Below are positions 54,301 to 63,100 of a stretch of 64,000 nucleotides of DNA, piece after piece. Both the position numbers and the translations under genes were made by a program. Origin of the DNA: Candidatus Desulfaltia sp. Its GTDB lineage: Bacteria; Desulfobacterota; Desulfobacteria; Desulfobacterales; ETH-SRB1. Position 1 is the stretch's first letter. Every line of letters starts with the position of its first letter. The stretch is taken from positions 8,404 through 72,403 of the forward strand of contig JAUSPN010000106.1 of the NCBI GenBank assembly GCA_030656555.1, in the 5' to 3' direction. Below the pieces are notes generated by a model. The model worked only from the letters and a program-made list of their open reading frames with translations. It made no database searches and was not told the origin of the DNA.

Positions 54301-54476
54301 CCCTTCTCCTGGAGCGGAGTTTTCAGGCGCAATTTCTTATACCCATGGCCGTCAGCATAACCTTTGGACTTCTTGTCGCCACAGTTTTGACACTTCTATA
54401 TGTTCCAGGTCTTTATCTTATTGTAAGAGATGTCAGGAATATTTTTAGAGGTTTATCGACAAAAACCCGATCCTGA
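51321..54476 (+). CDS. RND efflux transporter permease (AcrB/HAE family)
   Basis: 1051 aa. 12-TM RND architecture with two large periplasmic loops. N-terminus WSINNRVTVNLIMIFIIVAG. Confidence 0.9.
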   Translation: MESLGKWSINNRVTVNLIMIFIIVAGLITVMNMRRELNPQFALDMINISVVYPGASPEDVEEGICIKIEEKIKGIEGIDRTFSNAYEGMGSLTVELDSDADSRKVLDDIKAEIDRIDTFPEDAEDPVITEIINRHPAITVAAYGDVSEKLLRKVAEKIRDDLTDTGPISLADLVGVRDYEISIEVSEENLRRYGISFDVVVRAVKTGSVDLPGGTIKTSQGEILVRAKGQLYTGKEFKELPLITLEDGTVVRLGQVATVIDGFEDIDMKARFNGKPAALIQVNRTNTEDLILVSRTVRDYVEKHRGAMPEGVKLATWFDLSLLVQDRIDMLLRNGAQGIVLVFIALALFLNMRLAFWVSIGIPVSFMGAFMVLDYKGETINMISLFAFIMTLGILVDDAIIIGENIYTHFSRGKSPARSVIDGIKEVGGPVVMAVSTTIVAFIPLLFITGIIGKFIAVMPRAVIAILIISLGEALIMLPAHLTGALTRSALKTDSRPSWHERIRVKVEHLLNVVIEKYYTPALKYVVKNRYFAFAVGLGMLIISLGIVAGGYVPFVFFPKGESDWIIAEVGYPLGTPYEVTEKTIEHLENQAFKLNDYFGKHLGNNGGLVINTFALVGMIPRRDWKPGETGGHCGEVWIELVPSEKRHDLSVNTVLNKWRGLTGEIPGVETLTFTTLEGGPGGNPIEIQLVGGADFEQLRQAADELKTEIQTYPGTFAITDNFKPGKEERQVKIKEGAKSLGITMSDIARQLRQAFYGDEALRIQRGRDDLKVLVRYAEPDRRSISGLEDMRIRTTDGQEIPIEEVADITHGRSYSVIHRVDRKRVITVISNLDESIANASKIVADLKKDFFPKLIGRYPGLEYDLEGQEKRTRESLGSLKKGYVLALMGIFLLLASQFRSYIQPVIIMMAIPFGLIGAIAGHLVMGLQITMISIFGIVALSGIVVNDSLILIDFINRAVQNNAEIETAVIESGKVRFRPVLLTSITTIAGLLPLLLERSFQAQFLIPMAVSITFGLLVATVLTLLYVPGLYLIVRDVRNIFRGLSTKTRS

Positions 54477-54514
54477 TCCCCAACTCCTGGTCCTCATAAG
54501 CGCTAAACTGAAAA

Positions 54515-54735
54515 AAATGAACATCGAACATCGAACGTCCAACATCGAATGTTGAACTGAACAGCGAGCGCATTCCCCGCTGCTTGCGGCGGGGTTAGCG
54601 AGCGAATCAAAAAATTGACAGAATTCCTTACAGTCGAAGATTCCCCGCTGCTTGCGGCGGGGAGCTTCAATTTAAAGAGCGGAGCGACATCATTATTCGA
54701 CGTTGGACGTTCAATGTTCGACGTTGGACGTTCAT
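54515..54735. repeat. Full CCCCGC-hairpin element (plus orientation) bracketed by inverted CGAACGT-type low-complexity arms
   Basis: Arm gaacatcgaacatcgaacgtccaacatcgaatgttgaac. Core gcgagcgcattccccgctgcttgcggcggggttagcgagcgaatcaaaaaattgacagaattccttacagtcgaagattccccgctgcttgcggcggggagcttc. Arm ttcgacgttggacgttcaatgttcgacgttggacgttca. Confidence 0.8.
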
Positions 54736-54737
54736 CT

Positions 54738-55628
54738 TTATGAACCGGCAGAATGGTTCTTTATAGTATTATAGAGATCAAAAGCCTTTTCCGGGGTCTC
54801 GTTATCATGGACAACAGCACGTACAGCCTGGATCATCGCGACAGGAGACTCGGACTGGAAGATATTGCGTCCCATGTCAACACCGCTGGCGCCCTGCTTA
54901 ACTGCATTATAAGCCATTGTTAAGGCATCAAATTCAGGTATTTTTTTCCCGCCGGCCATGACAATTGGAACAGGGCACGAGGATGTGACGGTTTCAAATC
55001 CTTTTTCAATATAGTATGTTTTTATATAATTTGCCCCTAATTCAGCGCAAATCCTGACAGCGAGCCTGAAGTAGCGCGCATCGCGGTTCATATCCTTGCC
55101 GACTGCGGTGACAGCCAGGGTTGGAATTCCATAACGCATTCCCATATCCACCATGGTGGTCATGTTTTTGATCGATTCCCGTTCATGTTCGCCGCCGATA
55201 AATACCTGGACAGCCATGGCGCAAACATTGAGACGTATGGATTCTTCAATATCCACGGCAATATCTTCGTTGGAAAGTTCCTTTAGAATACTTGTGCCGC
55301 CGGAAACTCTCAGGACAATGGACTTTGTAGTTGTTGGAGGAACAATGCTCCTTAATATGCCGCGCGTTAACATAAGCGTGTCCGCATAAGGAACCAATGG
55401 AAGAATGTTTATGTCAATCCGTTCCAGGCCTGTGGTCGGACCCTGGAAATAGCCGTGGTCTACAGCCAGCATGACTGTGCGGCCGGATTCAGGGTTAAAG
55501 ATCCGGGCAAGCCGGTTTTTAATACCCCAGTCCAGAGAATTTGATCCTTTAAGAAAAAACCCTTCTGTTTTCTGGGGAATATCTGAATAAAACTTTTTAG
55601 CCTCTTTTATTTCATCTATATCAGGCAT
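54738..55628 (-). CDS. LsrF/DhnA-family class I aldolase-like enzyme (3-hydroxy-5-phosphonooxypentane-2,4-dione thiolase-like)
   Basis: 296 aa, collinear with E. coli LsrF as I recall it. Shared segments: [69 protein letters not shown]. Confidence 0.8.
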   Translation of the reverse strand: MPDIDEIKEAKKFYSDIPQKTEGFFLKGSNSLDWGIKNRLARIFNPESGRTVMLAVDHGYFQGPTTGLERIDINILPLVPYADTLMLTRGILRSIVPPTTTKSIVLRVSGGTSILKELSNEDIAVDIEESIRLNVCAMAVQVFIGGEHERESIKNMTTMVDMGMRYGIPTLAVTAVGKDMNRDARYFRLAVRICAELGANYIKTYYIEKGFETVTSSCPVPIVMAGGKKIPEFDALTMAYNAVKQGASGVDMGRNIFQSESPVAMIQAVRAVVHDNETPEKAFDLYNTIKNHSAGS

Positions 55629-55922
55629 TTTTGCTCTCCTTTCTATATTATGTTTTTTTTACCACCAAGCATGAAAAACACAGAAAAAATCAAAAATCAA
55701 TCCATAAGTCACATTCCTGTTCCATACATCAGCCCAGCGATGAGTCCATGCACTCTGCTTGTTCAAGCCCGAACTGCATTGGTTTCACTTATACTCTTTA
55801 CAACAGGAACTATTCGCCGATGCTTTAGACAGTCAAATTCCTCCATATCGTCTTGATATTATAAACCGGAATGTATATTAATATAGTCCAGTTGGGCATA
55901 CATTTCCCAACAAAAATAATAA

Positions 55923-56022
55923 TATTTGGATTCCCGCTTCGAAGTTCCCAGCCGCCCCGCTGGAACGGGATCTCCGCTTTGCTCCGACAAGCAGCGGGGA
56001 ATGCGCCAGCTTTTGCGGTTCA
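55923..56022. repeat. Rearranged copy of the CCCCGC-hairpin element (minus orientation)
   Basis: ...tttggattcccgcttcgaag...ccgccccgctggaacggg...aagcagcggggaatgcgccagcttttgcggttc. Confidence 0.6.
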
Positions 56023-56042
56023 AGGAAGTGATAGAAATAAAT

Positions 56043-56846
56043 ATGCATATTAAAAAACTGAAGAAGGAACTCGATACCCTTTATCATCAGTATAACTGGC
56101 GCAGGTATGTTCATCCTGATCCGCTTGAATTTCTGTATTCATATGAAGAGATAAGAGATCGAGAAATTGCCGGCCTTATCGCATCTTCACTTGCATACGG
56201 CAGGGTAGCTCAGATTTTAAAAAGCGTTTCTGTTGTGCTCAGCATTATGAATCCGTCTCCTTATCTGTTTTTGAAAAATTCAACCCATACATCAATTAAT
56301 AAGGCTTTCGAGGGTTTTATACATAGATTTGCCTCCGAGGATAATCTTGCGGCTTTCCTTTTCGGGATTAAAAATGTGATCGATAAATTTGGTTCCCTTA
56401 ATAAATGTTTTTTAGATGGTTTTTCAAAAGACGACGAAAATATTATTCCTGCCATGACCTTTTTTTCAACTCAACTTATTTATGAAAAAAATAAACCAGG
56501 CCATCTTGTAGCCCAGCCCAAAAAAGGAAGCGCATGCAAGAGAATGAATCTTTTTTTGAGGTGGATGGTTAGAGAAGACAGAGTCGATCCTGGCGGATGG
56601 ACGGGCATACCATTATCTAAGCTTGTAATCCCTCTTGATATACATATGCATAGAATAAGTCTTGCCTTAAAGTTTACAAAGAGAAAGCAGGCCAACATGG
56701 CGTCTGCCCTTGAAGTAACATCTAATTTTAAAAGACTTGTGCCTGATGATCCAGTAAAATACGATTTTGTACTCACAAGATTTGGAATAAGGCATAATAT
56801 GGATATTGATCAATTATTTGACTTTTTGCGAGTCCATCAAAACTAA
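56043..56846 (+). CDS. TIGR02757/DUF2400-like family protein
   Basis: The track ORF starts at 55926 inside the repeat. ATG at 56043: MHIKKLKKELDTLYHQYNWRRYVHPDPLEFLYSY...EIAGLIASSLAYGRVAQIL. Confidence 0.5.
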   Translation: MHIKKLKKELDTLYHQYNWRRYVHPDPLEFLYSYEEIRDREIAGLIASSLAYGRVAQILKSVSVVLSIMNPSPYLFLKNSTHTSINKAFEGFIHRFASEDNLAAFLFGIKNVIDKFGSLNKCFLDGFSKDDENIIPAMTFFSTQLIYEKNKPGHLVAQPKKGSACKRMNLFLRWMVREDRVDPGGWTGIPLSKLVIPLDIHMHRISLALKFTKRKQANMASALEVTSNFKRLVPDDPVKYDFVLTRFGIRHNMDIDQLFDFLRVHQN

Positions 56847-56865
56847 TGGTTTGTTGTCTGATTGG

Positions 56866-57336
56866 TTAATTTTCCAACAGACCGATTACCAAATCATTGG
56901 CAGGAATATCTTTCATGTTCTTCGAATAGTATGAAAATACAATTTCCCCTGTTTTGCCTATTATAAACAAAGCAGGCATAAGCCCTAATTTTGTAAGCTT
57001 CCATTCCTGCCTATATAGTTCGGCAAGTTTATGATCAGGATCCGGGATACCATAAAATGGCAGTTTGTTTTTTGAGAAATATTTTGAAGTTTTTTCAATA
57101 TCATGCGGAGCTACAACTACAATCGATGCGTTTTTAGCAACAAATTTACTGTAATCTTTTTTCATCTGATCCAGATGACTCCGAGCATACGGTCAGCTGA
57201 AGCCACGGATAAAAACAAGAACAATCAGACCGGCTTTTTTCAGATTTGAAAGACTGATGCTGTCATTGTTATATGTATGAGCAGTAAAATCAGGAGCCTT
57301 ATCACCGTTTTCAAGCAATTTAGTATTGTTTAACAT
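56866..57336 (-). CDS. Peroxiredoxin-like (AhpC/TSA-type redoxin) protein with in-frame TGA at the redox-Cys position: candidate selenoprotein, alternatively a pseudogene
   Basis: Own translation from ATG 57336: MLNNTKLLENGDKAPDFTAHTYNNDSISLSNLKKAGLIVLVFIRGFS[TGA 57195-57193]PYARSHLDQMKKDY... continues in frame into track ORF 56866..57165. Hairpin UCAUCUG-GAU-CAGAUGA starts 14 nt after the TGA. Confidence 0.5.
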
Positions 57337-57594
57337 GTCAGAATGGTTTTCCTTTCACTTATTAAAACTGATTTTTCCATATTAAGAGGTAACAGTCTAA
57401 AAAAAATGTTCAACAAATATGCCGGCCGCGAAAATGTTGCCCGACTGTTTTATACTTACTTGTTCATTGTCATTATAAATGAGTTTAGTATAAATATCAC
57501 GACAAATGCCCATAGTCAAGCCGGAGCATATTCTGAAGCAATAACAAAACCTTGGAACAGGTATATTCACGCTGTAGAAAGATCCAATGTGCCT

Positions 57595-57677
57595 GAACCG
57601 CAACAGCGAGCGCATTTCCCGTAGCTTATCGGAAGCAAAGATCCAGCTTATAAGGGGCTGCGGGGAATCTTCAATTT
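57595..57677. repeat. Diverged copy of the CCCCGC-hairpin element
   Basis: gaaccgcaacagcgagcgcatttcccgtagcttatcggaagcaaagatccagcttataaggggctgcggggaatcttcaatt. Confidence 0.6.
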
Positions 57678-57813
57678 GTACAGATCAGGCAGCATCATAT
57701 ACACGAGAATACGTTGCAAGCAGCTATAAAAAAGGCTACAAAAAAGACTGGGCGGAAACCAGGCAGGCAAAATTGAGCATTTCCCAAAGATCTCACGGCA
57801 GGAGGTATGACAC

Positions 57814-59517
57814 ATGGAAGGATTTGATGCTGTTAAGGGCCTTTTGAATAAAATATATGGCACAAAAAAGGGGGCACTTGCCTTTAATAAAATTTTTCCC
57901 TTAATAGAAAGGTTTCCAATCAAAAAAAGAGAGGCACAGGAGTACTTTTCCCAGGAAGATGTAGTTTTGATAACTTATGGCGACTCTCTGTCTTCAGGCA
58001 AGGAAGCTCCTCTGATAACGTTTCACAGGTTTACCGCAAAACACTTAAAAGATGTATTTTCAACAATACATATTCTCCCATTTTTTCCATATTCTTCAGA
58101 TGACGGTTTTTCTATTAGTGACTTTTATTCGGTAAATCCAAAGCTTGGGTCCTGGGAGGACATTAAATTATTGAGCGGCAATTTTCAGCTTATGTTTGAT
58201 CTTGTGCTGAATCATGTTTCTTCAAAGAGTAAGTGGTTTGGAAAGTATTTAAATGAGGAAGAAGGATTTGAAGATCTTGCTATTGAAGCAGATCCATCAA
58301 CTGATCTATCCGGGGTTACAAGGCCCAGATCACTGCCGCTTTTAACTGAATTTACAAAAGGTTCCGGAAAGGCCGTTAATATTTGGACAACATTTAGCGC
58401 TGATCAGATAGATCTTAATTTTAAAAGCATAGATGTTCTTAAAAAGATGATCGAGATACTGCTTTTTTATGTGAAGCAGGGCGCAACCATTCTGCGGCTT
58501 GATGCAATCGCCTATTTATGGAAGGAGATCGGGACGAATTGTGTTCACTTGAGCCAGACCCATGATGTGGTGAAATTATTTCGAAGCATATTAGATTGCG
58601 TTGCTCCGGACATCATGATTATTACGGAGACAAATGTGCCTCATGCGGAAAATATCAGCTATTTTGGAGATGGCCGGAATGAGGCGCAAATGGTTTATAA
58701 CTTTACACTGCCGCCGCTGCTTTTTTATTCCTTTGCAATTGAGGATTCAACGGCCTTGTCAAGCTGGGCAAAAGGGCTTTATTTAAAGCCTGAAGCCAAT
58801 ACCTTTTTCAACTTTACGGCCTCGCATGATGGTATTGGTGTACGCCCACTTGAAGGGATATTGCCTGAAGAGGAAATAGACAGGCTCGTTAAGATTGTTA
58901 AAGAAAATGGAGGCAGAGTTTCATATAAGAGGAATTCAGATGGTTCGGAGAGCCCGTATGAACTAAATATAACCTATATTGATGCTTTATTAAACAAAAA
59001 AAACGGAGTTGACAAATATCATCCTGATAGGTTTCTTGCCTCTCAGGCAATCCAGTTTGTTCTTCCTGGAGTGCCTGCCGCCTATATCCACAGCATATTA
59101 GGTTCACACAATTGGGAACAAGGTGTCAGGCAAACTCAAATGGCCAGAACGATAAACAGGGAAAAATTGCGACTGGATGATATTTTAAAACAATTGGAGG
59201 ATCCTGATAGCTTTCGCTCAAGGATTTTTTTTCCATATATAGAACTGATAAAAATCAGGAAAAAACAACCGGCCTTTCATCCAAACGCCTTTTTTGAAAT
59301 ACTGGAACTTGATCCAAAAGTATTTGTTATTTCAAGATATTGCAAAGAACAAACAATATATGCATTAACAAACATTTCATCAACGCATGTTTCTGTATCA
59401 TTGCCGAAACACAGAGGCGATTTTGATATGAAAGACCTTCTTAGCGGAAAGATATTTAAGGCGGATTCAATTGGCTTAAATCCTTACCAGTTTGCGTGGC
59501 TTGTTACACAAAAATAA
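57814..59517 (+). CDS. GH13 sugar phosphorylase (sucrose phosphorylase family)
   Basis: 567 aa. IHILPFFPYSSDDGFSISDFYSVNPKLGSWEDI, DLVLNHVS, ILRLDAIAYLWKE, ETNVPH, FTASHDGIG. Confidence 0.8.
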   Translation: MEGFDAVKGLLNKIYGTKKGALAFNKIFPLIERFPIKKREAQEYFSQEDVVLITYGDSLSSGKEAPLITFHRFTAKHLKDVFSTIHILPFFPYSSDDGFSISDFYSVNPKLGSWEDIKLLSGNFQLMFDLVLNHVSSKSKWFGKYLNEEEGFEDLAIEADPSTDLSGVTRPRSLPLLTEFTKGSGKAVNIWTTFSADQIDLNFKSIDVLKKMIEILLFYVKQGATILRLDAIAYLWKEIGTNCVHLSQTHDVVKLFRSILDCVAPDIMIITETNVPHAENISYFGDGRNEAQMVYNFTLPPLLFYSFAIEDSTALSSWAKGLYLKPEANTFFNFTASHDGIGVRPLEGILPEEEIDRLVKIVKENGGRVSYKRNSDGSESPYELNITYIDALLNKKNGVDKYHPDRFLASQAIQFVLPGVPAAYIHSILGSHNWEQGVRQTQMARTINREKLRLDDILKQLEDPDSFRSRIFFPYIELIKIRKKQPAFHPNAFFEILELDPKVFVISRYCKEQTIYALTNISSTHVSVSLPKHRGDFDMKDLLSGKIFKADSIGLNPYQFAWLVTQK

Positions 59518-59521
59518 ATCA

Positions 59522-59803
59522 TTATTGATTATTGATTTTATTCCTTAACTTACCGGAACATTTAAATGTAACAACCTTTCTTGCTCTCAGCGTCAGGTCG
59601 TCACCTGTGGCAGGGTTTCGGCCCCTTCGTTGAGTCTTGTTTTTTACGCAGAATTTGCCAAACCCTGAAACCAGGACATCATCCCCTTTTTCCAGAGTGC
59701 TTTTAATAATTTCCATAAGAGATTCGATGATATCGATGGCTTCTTTCTTGGTAAAACCAAGCTCATAAACCTTTTCAACAATATCGCTCTTGGTTAATGC
59801 CAT
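59522..59803 (-). CDS. ihfA: Integration host factor alpha / HU-family DNA-binding protein
   Basis: 93 aa. MALTKSDIVEKV...VSGFGKFCVKNKTQRRGRNPATGDDLTLRARKVVTFKCS. Confidence 0.75.
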   Translation of the reverse strand: MALTKSDIVEKVYELGFTKKEAIDIIESLMEIIKSTLEKGDDVLVSGFGKFCVKNKTQRRGRNPATGDDLTLRARKVVTFKCSGKLRNKINNQ

Positions 59804-60046
59804 GGTGCCTCCTAAAAGAACTTGCTACGTAATTATCAATAATGATATATTTATATAATTAGCTTATTTTATTATGATTCTTTCTTTAACTTGCACAGAC
59901 AATTTTATTTATTCAGATTTTTCAACTAAAAGCAACTTCAAATTTACTATTTATAATTTTTTTTTGGCGCAAACAGACTGTAACCCGACGATGAAAAGCG
60001 TATAACTTATTAAATATACAACTATTGAATATATGTCAAGCTACTT

Positions 60047-60122
60047 TGGAGCCGACGGGCGGAGTCGAACCGCCTACCTGCTGATTACGAATCAGCTGCT
60101 CTACCGACTGAGCTACGTCGGC
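60047..60122 (-). tRNA. tRNA-Thr (anticodon CGU), CCA encoded
   Basis: Reverse complement GCCGACG-UA-GCUC-AGUCGGUA-GAGC-A-GCUGA-UUCGUAA-UCAGC-AGGUA-GGCGG-UUCGACU-CCGCC-CGUCGGC-U-CCA folds as a cloverleaf. The anticodon loop centre is CGU. Confidence 0.9.
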
Positions 60123-60160
60123 CTGATAAATATCGACCTGATAAATAAGAGAGCCCTACT

Positions 60161-63100
60161 TTGTTTATTAATCTAAATCAAGAAAAAAGTTCTATTAAAT
60201 CCTTAATTGATTTAATTCCTTGCAGAAATTCCGGAATTGAGTGCGCAGGCCTGTCCGGGTCTGACAGGGCATTCCTTGTCTCCAGAATATACATGGAGCA
60301 CAGGATGCCTGTTGTTGTTGTAGCAGCTTCGTCAAAAGATGCTGAAATGCTTTTGGAAGATTTGTGCTTTTTTTCAAAAGATATTCAAAAGGCCTCAATA
60401 TATTTTCCGCCTTATAATATTTTGCCGTTTAAGCGTTTGTCATATCACAACGAAACAGCGGCAAGGCGGATAAGCGCTCTTTACCGTTTGATAGAGGGTG
60501 AAATGCCGCCGGTTGTAGTTACAACCGCAACCGCCCTGCTGCAAAGACTCATCCCAAAGCCTGTGCTGAGCGATTATGCTGAGCTTATAATGACCGGCGA
60601 AGATATTGACCGGGATCTTTTGATAGAAAAACTGATTTCCGGAGGTTATGTTCGGGCTGCGATTGTGGAGGAGCCCGGGGATTTTTGTGTTAGAGGCGGG
60701 ATTTTGGATATTTATTCTCCGATGTATTCAGATCCGCTAAGGATCGAACTGTTTGGAGAAACCGTGGAATCCTTAAGGTTTTTTTCAGCAGCAACCCAGC
60801 GCAAGACAGATAATATACAGGAAGCGATCATACTTCCGGCAGGGGAAGCGATTCTGAAAATGGAGCTTATGGATAAGATAACAGGAAGGATAAGAGAGCA
60901 GGCGTCTGCTCTTGACCTTCCAGTAACCAGGGTTAGAGAGCTGGTTGAGCGTATCAGGAAAGAGGGGGTGTTTCCGGGAATTGAGAGCCTGATTCCTTTG
61001 ATATATCCTAAGCTTGATACCCTGTTTAATTATGTTTCCGACAAGGCGCTTTTTGTTCTTATAGAACCAAAAGAATTAGAAGAGGCGGCCGGTCAATTTC
61101 AGGAACAGGTGACAAAGAACTATCTTGCCGCCTGCAAAGAGGGCAGACTGTGTGTTGAGCCTGACGCTTTTTACATGCAATGGCCAAAGGCAAAGGAGAT
61201 GCTGTCTGAGAGGAAACCGCTGACAGTTAAAATGCTTCCTGTGTCGGGAGAGGGTTGGGACAAGGGGCAACCTTTTTTGCGTATAGGTTTTAATGTTGAA
61301 GATAACGCTGCTGTTGGAACTGAACTTAAGGCTCATATGAAAAAAGAGGACCTTCTCTTGCCTCTTGCAAACTGGATTAATGACAGAAAACAGGAAGGAT
61401 ATACCGCTCTTATTGTCTGCAGTTCCAGATTGCAGGCCGACCGCATTAAATCTCTTCTGTCGCCGTACGGTATTGAGCTTGGAATTATTAACGGGTTTCA
61501 TGTCGCTAAAGGCTGTAAATGGCCTGTAGCCGTATGCCTTGGCCGGGTTTCATCAGGTTTTGTCTGGCAGGATGCATTTTTGGCTGTAATTACAGAGGAG
61601 GAAATATTCGGCGTAAAGCGCCACAGAAAAAAGATTTCAAGACAAAAAGCAGAGGTTCAAGCAGGGATGCTTGAATTTACAGACTTGAAGAAAAGCGAAT
61701 TTGTTGTTCATATTGAACATGGGGTTGGTTGCTTTGACGGCCTGGTAAAGCTTAAAATAGACGGAACAGGCAACGATTTTCTGCTTATTATCTATAAAGA
61801 TGGTGATAAGCTTTATCTTCCTGTAGATCGAATGAGTATGGTTCAAAAATATATGGGGCTGGATGGAGTAATTCCTGTTCTTGACAAACTGGGCAGCAAA
61901 TCATGGCAGCGGGTTAAGGAAAGGGTTAAAAAATCGGTTGAGAAGATCGCGGGAAAACTCCTTAAACTCTATTCTGAGCGAAACGTAAATAAAGGCTATG
62001 CTTTTAAGGTAACAGACGGTGATTCGCAGGATTTTGAGGCTGGTTTTTCGTACGAAGAGACACCTGACCAGCTAAAGGCAATTGATGATGTGCTGCATGA
62101 TATGGAGAACCCGATACCTATGGACAGGCTTATATGCGGCGATGTAGGATACGGAAAGACAGAGGTGGCGCTTAGAGCGGCCTTTATGGCTGTGAATAAT
62201 GGGAAACAGGTTGCCATGCTGGTTCCTACAACAGTGCTTGCTGAGCAGCATTTTGAGACATTTGCAAACCGTTTTAAGCGTTATCCCGTCAATCTTGCCT
62301 GTTTAAGCAGATTCCGTTCCGTCCGTGAGCAGCGCTTAATTATAGATGAGCTTAAAACAGGAAAGATAGATATAGTTATAGGAACCCACAGGCTTATTCA
62401 GAAAGATGTTGCTTTTAAAGATCTGGGGCTTGTTGTGCTTGATGAAGAGCAGCGCTTTGGTGTTAAACACAAGGAAAAACTGAAAGAAATCAGGCGTATG
62501 GTAGATGTTCTGACCTTGACGGCAACCCCTATACCACGCACTCTTCACATGTCCATGATGGGAGTGCGTGATGTTAGTATTATTTCAACACCGCCTGAGC
62601 ATCGCCAGTCAATTATTACATACATTTCCGAGTTTGACGGGGCGGTTATTTCAGAAGCAATAAGGAATGAGTTGAAAAGAAAGGGCCAGATATATTTTGT
62701 TCACAATGATATTCATAATATATGGACAATGGCAAACTATTTGAAAAAACTGGTGCCTGAAGTCAGGCTTGATGTGGCGCATGGCCGTCTTACGGAAGAT
62801 GAGCTTGAGCTTGTGATGCTGCGGTTTTTCAATAAAGAGATCGACATGCTTGTTTGCACAACGATAATTGAGTCTGGTCTTGATATTCCTTCAGCTAATA
62901 CCATTCTTATTAATAGGGCTGATAGATTCGGATTGGCGCAGATTTACCAGTTACGAGGTCGTGTAGGCAGAGCTGATGAACAGGCTTATGCATACCTTTT
63001 TATCCCTGATGAGACAGCTTTAGGCAAGGATGCTCAAAAACGCCTGAAGGTATTAATGGAGCATAGCGATCTTGGTGCTGGTTTCCAAATAGCTATGAGC

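Noticed and set aside
54575-54665. Two identical 23-nt repeats (attccccgctgcttgcggcgggg) separated by about 45 nt look like a mini-CRISPR array. The same appears at 39935-40020.
   Set aside because: The 'spacer' is itself conserved between the two loci. There are only two repeats per locus and no cas genes or leader. It behaves as one composite repeat element, not an array.
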